Source: a virus | Taxonomy: Duplodnaviria; Caudoviricetes | Strand: one strand, 5' to 3' | IMG/VR virus record: IMGVR_UViG_3300031973_000258 | Location: 1-30,496 of that record | Length of the DNA: 30,496 bases | The notes under the pieces: generated by a model | Seen by the model: the letters and a program-made list of their open reading frames with translations, nothing else | Databases searched by the model: none | What the model was told of the DNA's origin: nothing | Program-made: the position numbers and the translations under genes | Part shown: in pieces, positions 1 through 8,335 of the stretch | Layout: each line of letters begins with the position of its first letter | How positions within the stretch are numbered: the first letter of the stretch is position 1

Positions 1-1
1 T

Positions 2-1051
2 GGAGCCGCTACTGGTGCTTTATCTATAGTTAGAGGAGTAGCTTCTACAGCATCAGGTTCATTAGTTTTTGGTAAAACTAGAAACACTACCTATGGTTCA
101 AGAACTGTAGTTCAAGATGGAGACCGTTTAGGTAATATAATTTTTCACGGAGACGATGGTTCTGATCTAAATTCTCAAGGAGCTATAATTGCCGCAGAGG
201 TTGATGGTACACCTGGTAGTAATGATATGCCTGGCAGACTACTTTTTTTAACAACTGCTAATGGTGCATCTTCATCAACTGAAAGAATGAGAATTGAAGA
301 AGATGGTCACGTTGCTATTGGTCACACAACTACCAACAGAATGTTTTTAGTTAAAACACCTGCAAGTTATTCTGAATATGCTGTTCAGTTTGATAATGCT
401 AGCTCATCTGCACCTTATGGAATACTAAACAATTATTCAGGTGCGGCTCCCGATACAGGAAGTGATAATGAATTTTTCATAGCTATGGACACTGGTGCTA
501 CTAGATGCACAATATTTTCAGATGGTGATATAAAAAATCACGACAATAGTTATGGTGCTTTATCAGATGAAAGAATTAAACAAGATATAAGAGATAGTAA
601 TTCACAATGGGACGATATTAAGGCTGTTAAAGTTAGAAACTTTAAAAAGAAAGATGATGTTAGACAGTATGGGGATAATGCTTGGGAACAAATAGGTGTT
701 ATAGCACAAGAGTTAGAAACAGTATCTCCTAAACTTATACGAAAACACAACCCTAATCCTTGTGATATAATTTCTAATGCTGAGTTTGGAACTCTTTATA
801 CTTCTGATGATTCTGAAACTCAAGACGCAGTTTTATATTCATCTGATGACCAAGAAGTTATCAATGGTGATAAAAATGTTGGAGATATTAAAACTCCATC
901 TACAAAACAAATTGGTGATGTTAAAGAAATTAAAGAACAAGTTAAATCTGTTAATTATTCTGTTCTTTATATGAAAGCCATCAAAGCATTACAAGAAGCT
1001 ATGACCAAAATAGAAGATTTACAAGCAAGAGTAACAACATTAGAAGGATAA
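2..1051 (+). CDS. Tail fibre/spike protein with C-terminal intramolecular chaperone (peptidase S74); 5'-truncated by the window edge
   Basis: Frame is open from position 2, upstream of the Met at 227. Contains a fibre repeat (ERMRIEEDGHVAIG) and S74 hallmarks SDERIKQDI, IGVIAQELETVSP, VNYSVLY...IKALQE plus a terminal coiled coil. Confidence 0.88.
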   Translation, partial: GAATGALSIVRGVASTASGSLVFGKTRNTTYGSRTVVQDGDRLGNIIFHGDDGSDLNSQGAIIAAEVDGTPGSNDMPGRLLFLTTANGASSSTERMRIEEDGHVAIGHTTTNRMFLVKTPASYSEYAVQFDNASSSAPYGILNNYSGAAPDTGSDNEFFIAMDTGATRCTIFSDGDIKNHDNSYGALSDERIKQDIRDSNSQWDDIKAVKVRNFKKKDDVRQYGDNAWEQIGVIAQELETVSPKLIRKHNPNPCDIISNAEFGTLYTSDDSETQDAVLYSSDDQEVINGDKNVGDIKTPSTKQIGDVKEIKEQVKSVNYSVLYMKAIKALQEAMTKIEDLQARVTTLEG

Positions 1052-1054
1052 ATT

Positions 1055-1576
1055 ATGAGTGAAATAAGAGTCGATACTATATCAGAAAAGACATCAACAT
1101 CTGGTGTAACTATAGATAGTCTATTAATTAAAGATGGTGGCTGTGCAGCTTTAGATGCTAAACCAGCAGTATTAGTAACAAACTCAGGCAACCAATCTAT
1201 AGCAAATGCTACTAATACATTAGTGACCTTTGACACAGAAACTATAGATACTGATAGTGCGTTTGCAAGCAATACCTTTACCGTACCTTCAGGAGAAGGT
1301 GGTATGTATGGTATATTTGGTTTTGGTGGCATGCAAGGCATAGACGCAGGTGAATTTACACAGTTAAGAATTTATTTAAATGGTTCTGCAAACAGTTTTT
1401 TTGAGAACAGAATGACTTCTCATGCAACAGACACAGAAGTAAAATATAGTGGTGGTGGTTTTTTAAATTTAGCAGCTACTAATACAATCAAAATGTATTG
1501 GTATCAAAACAGCGGAGACTCACAAAATTTAACTAACGCTGCTTTATACATTTTTAAATTAGGAGGAACATCATAA
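1055..1576 (+). CDS. Short tail-fibre-like protein with a C1q/TNF-like beta-sandwich head
   Basis: N-terminus SEIRVDTISEKTSTSGVTID is shared with the 1902 gene. Q-SI-N-T-T-VTFDTE..DTD..F...TFTVPSG.GG.Y resembles C1q-like fibre tips. Confidence 0.65.
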   Translation: MSEIRVDTISEKTSTSGVTIDSLLIKDGGCAALDAKPAVLVTNSGNQSIANATNTLVTFDTETIDTDSAFASNTFTVPSGEGGMYGIFGFGGMQGIDAGEFTQLRIYLNGSANSFFENRMTSHATDTEVKYSGGGFLNLAATNTIKMYWYQNSGDSQNLTNAALYIFKLGGTS

Positions 1577-1577
1577 T

Positions 1578-1898
1578 ATGGCACAGTTATATACAAAAGT
1601 GTGTTTATACTTAGAAGCTAATTCTAAAACATGGGATGATACAAAAATTGTATTACAAGATGATGGTAGTGGATCTTATATTAAAGAATGGAATATAGAT
1701 GGTCTTGCAAAACCAAGTGATACTCAATTAAATTCTTATGAGTCAGCAGGTAACATTGTTGACGCAAACAATTTAGTAAGAAAAACTAGAAAAAAAGCAT
1801 ATGGAGATATTGGTGAACAACTTGATGAAATATACAAAGACATTGATGCATGGAAAGCACGTATCAAACAAATTAAAGACGATAATCCAAAGGAATAA
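1578..1898 (+). CDS. XkdW-like tail fibre assembly/accessory protein
   Basis: LQDDGSGSYIKEWN...KPSD.QL and R..AY..IGEQLD.IY...W...I..IK..NPK patterns; directly follows a fibre gene. Confidence 0.6.
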   Translation: MAQLYTKVCLYLEANSKTWDDTKIVLQDDGSGSYIKEWNIDGLAKPSDTQLNSYESAGNIVDANNLVRKTRKKAYGDIGEQLDEIYKDIDAWKARIKQIKDDNPKE

Positions 1899-1901
1899 AC
1901 T

Positions 1902-3443
1902 ATGACAAGTGAAATAAAAGTAGATACTATATCAGAACAAACGTCAGGCAGTGGTGTAACTATTGATGGTGTATTAATTAAAGATACTACTATTGATGTT
2001 AATGGTACTGCTGGTGCATTAATTTTAGATACTGATGCTGATACAAAAATACAAGCATCTACAGATGACAACATAGAATTTTTTACTGCTGGTAAAAAAC
2101 AATTTAATTTAACTAATTCTGGCTCTGTACAAGCCTTTAGAGACGGTGGCACAACTTTTGGCCCAAGTTATCTTGGTCAACATCAAAGAGGCACAATTGC
2201 GTCTCCGTCTATTGTTCAAAGTGGCGATAGATTAGTTGAGTTTAAATCTACTGCTTATGATGGCACTGCTTATATAGATGGCCCACGCATATCTTTTAGA
2301 GTAGATGGCACACCAGGTGATGACGATATGCCTAGTAGAATAGAGTTTCAAACAGTGCCTGATGGCTCTAATGCTTTAGCTGAAAGAATGAGAATTACGA
2401 GTGATGGTAGAGTTGCAATCGGCACCACAAGTCCACAAACTACTTTACACCTTGAAGCAACTGCACCTATTTTAAGAATATCTGACTCCAACAGTACCTC
2501 GGAAGATGATGCTGTTAGTAAAATTCAATTTTATGATAGGAACAATACAGATTTAAATGCTGAAATTATTGCAGGTGACGGGTCTTTATCAAATTTAATT
2601 TTGTCAGCTCATAATAATAGAGCGGTAATAGCACAAACTAATGGTAATAATGAAAGATTCCGTGTTCACGGAGATGGTACATTATCAACAGGTGGAGAGA
2701 CTGTTACTGATGTTAATGTTGGTGGTTTGACTTTACAAATGAACGCTGGTGATGGTGGTTTTATGACTGGTAAATCTTCTGATGTTGCACACGGAATGAC
2801 AAATATTGCAGAAACCGATACTTTTTTTAGACTAGCAAAAGAAAATGATACTGGTGGCGGAGTTGAATTACGAGGGCTAAGTGAAACTGATGATGCTGGT
2901 ATTACTTTAGATGGTATCGTAGTTAATCGTGATAGTGGAACTAATACATCTGCAAAAGCACCTGTTAGTATAAATGCAAGAAAGAAAAATGGCACAACTA
3001 CACAGTCTATGGACGATGTTGATAATATGCTTGTTGTTAGAGATTCAGGCACAACTCGTTTTATTGTTAAAGGTGATGGTGAATTACATAACGATCAGAC
3101 TGCTACTGTTGGTACTTTTGATACTTACGAAGATGCTCAACTAGTTCGTGCTTATGATTTAACGCACGGCAAAGGTGTAATTAATTCTAAGTTTGATGAC
3201 TTTATAAAATATAATCACGAAGATTTAGCTAAAGCAAATCTTGTTGGTAGAGAGCCTGATGGCACTCCAAATCATTTTGTAAATATTACAGGGTTTCAAA
3301 GACTTCACAATGGTGCTATTTGGCAACAATACGAAAAGCATCAACGACTAGCAGAGGCAGTATATGAGATGGCAAAAGAGACGTTAGGCGCAGATAAAGC
3401 CGATGCAATATTAAAAAAACATGATATAAAACTATTAAACTAA
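1902..3443 (+). CDS. Tail fibre protein
   Basis: G/T/S/D-rich with repeated ERMRITSDGRVAIGTTSP, ERFRVHGDG and RFIVKGDG fibre motifs; N-terminus shared with the 1055 gene; helical C-terminal domain. Confidence 0.8.
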   Translation: MTSEIKVDTISEQTSGSGVTIDGVLIKDTTIDVNGTAGALILDTDADTKIQASTDDNIEFFTAGKKQFNLTNSGSVQAFRDGGTTFGPSYLGQHQRGTIASPSIVQSGDRLVEFKSTAYDGTAYIDGPRISFRVDGTPGDDDMPSRIEFQTVPDGSNALAERMRITSDGRVAIGTTSPQTTLHLEATAPILRISDSNSTSEDDAVSKIQFYDRNNTDLNAEIIAGDGSLSNLILSAHNNRAVIAQTNGNNERFRVHGDGTLSTGGETVTDVNVGGLTLQMNAGDGGFMTGKSSDVAHGMTNIAETDTFFRLAKENDTGGGVELRGLSETDDAGITLDGIVVNRDSGTNTSAKAPVSINARKKNGTTTQSMDDVDNMLVVRDSGTTRFIVKGDGELHNDQTATVGTFDTYEDAQLVRAYDLTHGKGVINSKFDDFIKYNHEDLAKANLVGREPDGTPNHFVNITGFQRLHNGAIWQQYEKHQRLAEAVYEMAKETLGADKADAILKKHDIKLLN

Positions 3444-3455
3444 GAGGACTAAAAA

Positions 3456-3785
3456 ATGGCAATAACAGCAAATATGACAACACATGATGGAATAGCATTA
3501 ACCGATGTATATCTTAGAGTTTCATCTACATATGTAAAAAAAATACCAGAAACAGATAGTGAAGGTAACACTTCAAAAGTTTGGAAGCTAGTCTATGATG
3601 TGCTTATCTATAAAGACAAAGCCACTCGTGATGATGCAACTAAAGAGCAATCTATGCGTATTAAAAATCTTCACGTAGATCATTTTAAAATTGACTACAG
3701 CTTAGATGCAACAGATAATCCTGTTAAACTTGCATATGCAGATTTAAAAATTAATAGCCAGTTATCGAACGTTAAAGACGCATAA
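3456..3785 (+). CDS. Hypothetical protein, probable tail fibre accessory/chaperone
   Basis: RBS GAGG upstream. MAI... start and ...AYADLK.....VKDA end are typical of small genes that follow fibre genes. Confidence 0.55.
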   Translation: MAITANMTTHDGIALTDVYLRVSSTYVKKIPETDSEGNTSKVWKLVYDVLIYKDKATRDDATKEQSMRIKNLHVDHFKIDYSLDATDNPVKLAYADLKINSQLSNVKDA

Positions 3786-3786
3786 A

Positions 3787-4032
3787 ATGGACATGGAGCC
3801 AAAGACAGAGAGAGAACATATTATATCCCTTCAGGGACACATTACAGGTGTTAAAAAAGACATAGCTGTAATTAAAGATAATCATCTAGCACACCTGGAT
3901 GAAAAGATTTCACACGTTCATGAGGACGTAGAGAAGTTGGGTGGCAAGATAGATAAGATCTATTGGGTAGTTCTAACCACTGTGGGGGCTGTGGCATTAA
4001 TGGTATTAGAGACTTTATTGGGTATGATGTAG
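3787..4032 (+). CDS. Coiled-coil protein with a C-terminal TM helix (XhlA/holin-like)
   Basis: Heptad-like N-terminal region followed by hydrophobic IYWVVLTTVGAVALMVLETLL. Confidence 0.6.
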   Translation: MDMEPKTEREHIISLQGHITGVKKDIAVIKDNHLAHLDEKISHVHEDVEKLGGKIDKIYWVVLTTVGAVALMVLETLLGMM

Positions 4033-4033
4033 T

Positions 4034-4174
4034 ATGGCAAAGAAATGGAAGTCCCATACAGAACATGAAGCAGTGCATAAAGGAACATCTATAGGACGCA
4101 ACCCTATAACAAGTACAATGAACAAAAAGAAACGAGCAAGTTTTAAGAAATATAGAGGACAAGGAAAAAGATAA
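4034..4174 (+). CDS. 46-aa basic protein, below the ORF-track cutoff
   Basis: MAKKWKSHTEHEAVHKGTSIGRNPITSTMNKKKRASFKKYRGQGKR*. Fills the intergenic gap exactly and its TAA overlaps the next ATG (TAATG). Confidence 0.75.
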   Translation: MAKKWKSHTEHEAVHKGTSIGRNPITSTMNKKKRASFKKYRGQGKR

Positions 4175-5532
4175 TGGCAGAGACAACAACAGAGCAAACA
4201 GAAGTTCAAGGTACAGCAGTACCAGAGGCATCTCAAGCTATACAAGAAGTAGTAGGAGGTTTAGTAAACCAGCCTCAAGCAGTGCCAGGAAGTGCAATTA
4301 ATCCTACATTAATTAATCAAAAAACTGGCGAAGCAATGGTAACTTCAGGTGTAACTAATACTTTACCTACAATATTACCTCAAAACGCAGTTCTAACTCC
4401 ACAAACTGCAACTGTGGGGCAAAGCACTACAGCAGCAGGAACCATGACTACTCCAACAGCCACACAGATGACTGTTGATACCACAGGAGCAGCGGCACAA
4501 GCACAAGCTGCACAGATGAATGCACTAACACAACCTGCAGTAGGAGCGTCTGGATCTATTACTCAACAGGCAACCGTTCAAGGCCAACTTGCAAATATTA
4601 CACAAGACATTGAAGCATCACTTGCGGCAGGAACGCCATTACCTGCATTTGCTAGAGGTGCATCTAAAATGGCTATGGCAGCTATGGCACAAAGAGGATT
4701 ATCTGCTAGCACTATAGCAGCTGATGCAGTAGCTGAAGGTGTACTTAGAGCATCTACACAAATTGCAAAAGCAGATGCTGATAGCTATAAGCAAATGATA
4801 TTTCAAAATTTAAGCAATAGACAACAGGCAATGATGACTAATGCTCAAAATTATTTTCAAATGGATTTATCTAATCTTAATAATAAACAACAGATATCTA
4901 TGGCAAATGCACAGATGACTCAACAAAAATTATTATCAGATCAATCTGCAACAAACGCTGCAAGACAATTTAATGCACAAAGTCAAAATCAAATAGATAC
5001 ATTTTTTGCTAATGTAAATAAAGATATAGCAGTTAATAATGCAGCTCGTTCTGATGCCATGAAACAGTTTAATCAATCTGAAGTTAACAAAATTACAGCT
5101 ACAAATGCTAAAAATGCTATAGCTGTTAGTGAGGCTAATGCTGCAAGAAAAGCTGCTATAGATGAATTTAATGTAACACTAAGAGATTCACGAGATAAAT
5201 TTAATGTTGAGAACCAAAGAATAATAGATCAAAGTAATGTTGAATGGAGACGTTCTATTAATACAGCAAATACTGCTGCAACAAATGCAGCCAATCAAAC
5301 TAATGCCCAAAACTTATTAGATCTTAGTAACTGGGCCATGAACTCTATGTGGCAGCAATGGAGAGATGAGGCTGACTGGGCAAATACAACTGCTGATAAC
5401 GCAAAAAATAGAGCACATAATATGGCTGTAGCCGCTATGGAAAGATCCACTGAATTTGATATTATGGATGAGGCACAAAAAAATAAACTATTAGCACTAG
5501 TTGGGGCATTTGCTTCAACTCTTTTTGATTAG
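4174..5532 (+). CDS. Putative internal virion/DNA ejection protein (Q/N/A-rich helical)
   Basis: 452 aa; T/Q/A-rich N-terminus, long QFN/NAQ-type amide-rich helical region, hydrophobic C-terminus; located among podovirus core genes. Confidence 0.55.
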   Translation: MAETTTEQTEVQGTAVPEASQAIQEVVGGLVNQPQAVPGSAINPTLINQKTGEAMVTSGVTNTLPTILPQNAVLTPQTATVGQSTTAAGTMTTPTATQMTVDTTGAAAQAQAAQMNALTQPAVGASGSITQQATVQGQLANITQDIEASLAAGTPLPAFARGASKMAMAAMAQRGLSASTIAADAVAEGVLRASTQIAKADADSYKQMIFQNLSNRQQAMMTNAQNYFQMDLSNLNNKQQISMANAQMTQQKLLSDQSATNAARQFNAQSQNQIDTFFANVNKDIAVNNAARSDAMKQFNQSEVNKITATNAKNAIAVSEANAARKAAIDEFNVTLRDSRDKFNVENQRIIDQSNVEWRRSINTANTAATNAANQTNAQNLLDLSNWAMNSMWQQWRDEADWANTTADNAKNRAHNMAVAAMERSTEFDIMDEAQKNKLLALVGAFASTLFD

Positions 5533-5540
5533 GAGGACAA

Positions 5541-5915
5541 ATGGATTTTTTAAAGGGTATATGGGATAGTGCGGTTAGCTATGGAACCGAAATACTTAAA
5601 GATGTAGACTGGAAAGAAGCTGCAGAAAAAGCAGGTAAATATTTATATGAAGATTATAAACAACAAGAAAAAGATAGCGGAACAAGACCACGGGTTAATT
5701 TAGCTGGTAGGTATAGTCTAGATGTTAGAAGCCCTTCAGGTTCTAGAGGAACACAGGCTATACAAAGTGGTGCAGCAAATGCTGCAGCAGTTCATGCATC
5801 AAGATGGTCAGCAATTTTACAAAGAGCTAGACGTGAAGCGCAAGGAACAAGCGTTAACCCATACAGAACTATAACATCAAGAACATATATGAAACGACCG
5901 AAGGAGTTAGGCTAA
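5541..5915 (+). CDS. Hypothetical (putative virion) protein
   Basis: AGGAGG RBS; stop overlaps the next start. Confidence 0.65.
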   Translation: MDFLKGIWDSAVSYGTEILKDVDWKEAAEKAGKYLYEDYKQQEKDSGTRPRVNLAGRYSLDVRSPSGSRGTQAIQSGAANAAAVHASRWSAILQRARREAQGTSVNPYRTITSRTYMKRPKELG

Positions 5916-6475
5916 TGGTTGATATACCAGATCAAGAATACGATATATTTAATGCGCCTATTAATGGGCAATCATTAACTGCAGAGCCTAAAAAATGGCC
6001 TTGGGATAGACCTCCTAAGTACGCAGATTTTGAGCAAGCATTAGATATGACAATGGAAAAATTATTTAAACCTGAACAGTCAGAAAAAGTTTTAACTATG
6101 TTAGAAGCAGGCGTACCAGTTGAAGGTATAGCTAGAACAGTTGTTTTTTCTGGATTTATGAATGGTCAATATACGCCTGATGTTGGTTTTATGATGGCAA
6201 AAAATGTACTTGAAGCAATACTAACTATAGGAGTAATGGGTAAAGTAGATAATTTAAAAGTTGGATTAGGAAATAGAGATACTGAAGATTTAGAATTTAA
6301 ATCAAGTATGAACCAATTAGATTTAGCAAATAGATTAGCACAAAAAACAGAACAAGATTTTGAAAAAATAGAAAAAGTTGAAGAAGATAAACCAGAACAA
6401 AATCCAGCTATGGGCTTAATGGCTAGGACAGAACCAAAATCAGAAATAGAATTAGGGACAGAAGAGGAAAAATAA
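5915..6475 (+). CDS. Hypothetical phage protein (APxxGQSLTxxPxxWPWxxPP motif), putative virion protein
   Basis: AGGAG RBS; 186-aa ORF with a distinctive N-terminal motif; located in the internal virion block. Confidence 0.65.
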   Translation: MVDIPDQEYDIFNAPINGQSLTAEPKKWPWDRPPKYADFEQALDMTMEKLFKPEQSEKVLTMLEAGVPVEGIARTVVFSGFMNGQYTPDVGFMMAKNVLEAILTIGVMGKVDNLKVGLGNRDTEDLEFKSSMNQLDLANRLAQKTEQDFEKIEKVEEDKPEQNPAMGLMARTEPKSEIELGTEEEK

Positions 6476-6476
6476 A

Positions 6477-8327
6477 ATGGCAAATGGATTAATGGCAATG
6501 TTAGAAGGCGGACTTGCGGGTCTTACTGAAGAAAAATTTGGAAAGATTGATAGAGAAAAGCAACAAATAGAAGACGCATTTAAAGATAAAGATGAGTTTT
6601 ACAATAATATGGTAAAAAGCACAATGAATATTGTAAACAATAACTATTCTAGAATTGGAGAAAAACCTCTTGATGCAGCAGATAATTTTGACAGAATACT
6701 AAATGAGTATGGCCAAGATAAATTAGAAGAATTAAATTTACTTGCTAGATCTAGGCCTTTTCTATTTGAAGGTAATTTTAAAGAAGTAAAAAATAATGTA
6801 GAAAAGTTTTTATTAAGCCCCACATTACCTGATATAAGTCCAGAGGGTGTTACTAGAGTTAGAGACGTTCAAACTGAAGGTGGTTATAGAACTATAGATC
6901 AAACAGCACCACAAGAAATTTTAGGAACAAGCACAAGTGAAATATGGAGAAATAACTATAAAAGTATGGTTACAAATGTGCAAGAAAGTTTAGCAGATGC
7001 AGCTGGGCCAAACTCTGCAAAACTAATGGTAGGTGATTTTATTCCAGGAGAAGGTGCTCAAGAACGTTTTGAGTCTCGTAAGATGTACGAAGAGTTTCGT
7101 GGTGAAGACATGATGACTACAGATGAGTTTGTAAAAAATCAAACTTCAATAGCTCAAAGAAAATTATACGAACAACCTAGTGCTTTATCTTCACAAGATT
7201 TTTTAAGAGTTGTAAACTTTGTAGACATGCCAACATACGATACAATGTTTAATGGTTACATGCAAGAGTATAGAGGAAATGCACAAGCTGCAGAATTATC
7301 CACATTAACAGATGCAATATATTATAGAGATAAACTAAAAACTCAAGGCTACTTTGGTGAAGATGGAGAGCCTGATGAACTTGTTAGAATGGGGGTAATA
7401 CCTAATAATACTATCATTGGTATTATAACAAGAGATCCTGCTGCACAAATTGCAGAAAAAAGACTAATAGAAAAAGTTGCTGTTGATCAAAATTTACAAC
7501 AAATGAAATTTGCCTATGATCAATATAAACAAGATCCTGAAGGTTATATAAATTCAAATGGAGAAGAAGCTGCGACAACAGCATTATCAAATTGGGAAAA
7601 TGTTACAGAACAAACTTATCAAGAAGCTGTAGCTTTAGTAGGGCAAACAGGATACTATGACATTGAAAAAAAATTTTTAAGCGCATATTCTCCTATTGAC
7701 TATCCAGACTATACAAAAGTTAATACAAAAGAGTATGGTGAAATTGTAATTTATCCTATTTCTGCAGAAGGTTATGTTAAAATATTAGATGCTAAAAATC
7801 CTAATCCAAATGAACCTTTAGATTTTTTTAAAGTTGAAAACATAACTAAGATAGAACGGGGCGGCAATCCTAATAAAGAATTAAATATATATTATAAACC
7901 AGAATTAGGATATAATGTTCAAACAAATAGTAATCCTCAATTTGATCAATTAAATGCTATACTAGATATTAATGATCCATTTAATTTAAATAGAAAATTA
8001 GGAGCACCAATTCAAGAATTACCTATTGTTCCTGGTGCAGATCCAAAACTAGAAGAAGAAAAAGAAGAGGAAGAAAAACAATCAAGATTTGAAAAAGATG
8101 GTCAGCCTTATGAATTAACTAAAGCAGAACAAAAAAGATTCTCAAAAAATGGCGTACTTCCTGAAGGTGTTACAGATGTAGGAGGGCCAAAAACTTTTTC
8201 AGAAATTTTTGATATGGGCGCAGAAACATTTGAAAAAGACGGCAAGCCCTATAAACTAACTAGAAAACAAATGAGAGATTACCAGGCAACAGGCGAATTA
8301 CCCGAAGGTGTTACCGTAGCAGAATAG
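6477..8327 (+). CDS. Putative internal virion protein with a C-terminal tandem repeat
   Basis: 616 aa; N-terminal GLMAMLEGGLAG glycine-rich helix; two FEKDGxPYxLT...GxLPEGVT repeats at the C-terminus. Confidence 0.55.
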   Translation: MANGLMAMLEGGLAGLTEEKFGKIDREKQQIEDAFKDKDEFYNNMVKSTMNIVNNNYSRIGEKPLDAADNFDRILNEYGQDKLEELNLLARSRPFLFEGNFKEVKNNVEKFLLSPTLPDISPEGVTRVRDVQTEGGYRTIDQTAPQEILGTSTSEIWRNNYKSMVTNVQESLADAAGPNSAKLMVGDFIPGEGAQERFESRKMYEEFRGEDMMTTDEFVKNQTSIAQRKLYEQPSALSSQDFLRVVNFVDMPTYDTMFNGYMQEYRGNAQAAELSTLTDAIYYRDKLKTQGYFGEDGEPDELVRMGVIPNNTIIGIITRDPAAQIAEKRLIEKVAVDQNLQQMKFAYDQYKQDPEGYINSNGEEAATTALSNWENVTEQTYQEAVALVGQTGYYDIEKKFLSAYSPIDYPDYTKVNTKEYGEIVIYPISAEGYVKILDAKNPNPNEPLDFFKVENITKIERGGNPNKELNIYYKPELGYNVQTNSNPQFDQLNAILDINDPFNLNRKLGAPIQELPIVPGADPKLEEEKEEEEKQSRFEKDGQPYELTKAEQKRFSKNGVLPEGVTDVGGPKTFSEIFDMGAETFEKDGKPYKLTRKQMRDYQATGELPEGVTVAE

Positions 8328-8335
8328 GAATAATA

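Noticed and set aside
1-3443. Diversity-generating retroelement or invertase-driven fibre switching
   Set aside because: No reverse transcriptase, recombinase or adenine-specific TR/VR pair was seen; the repeats are diverged protein-level paralogy.
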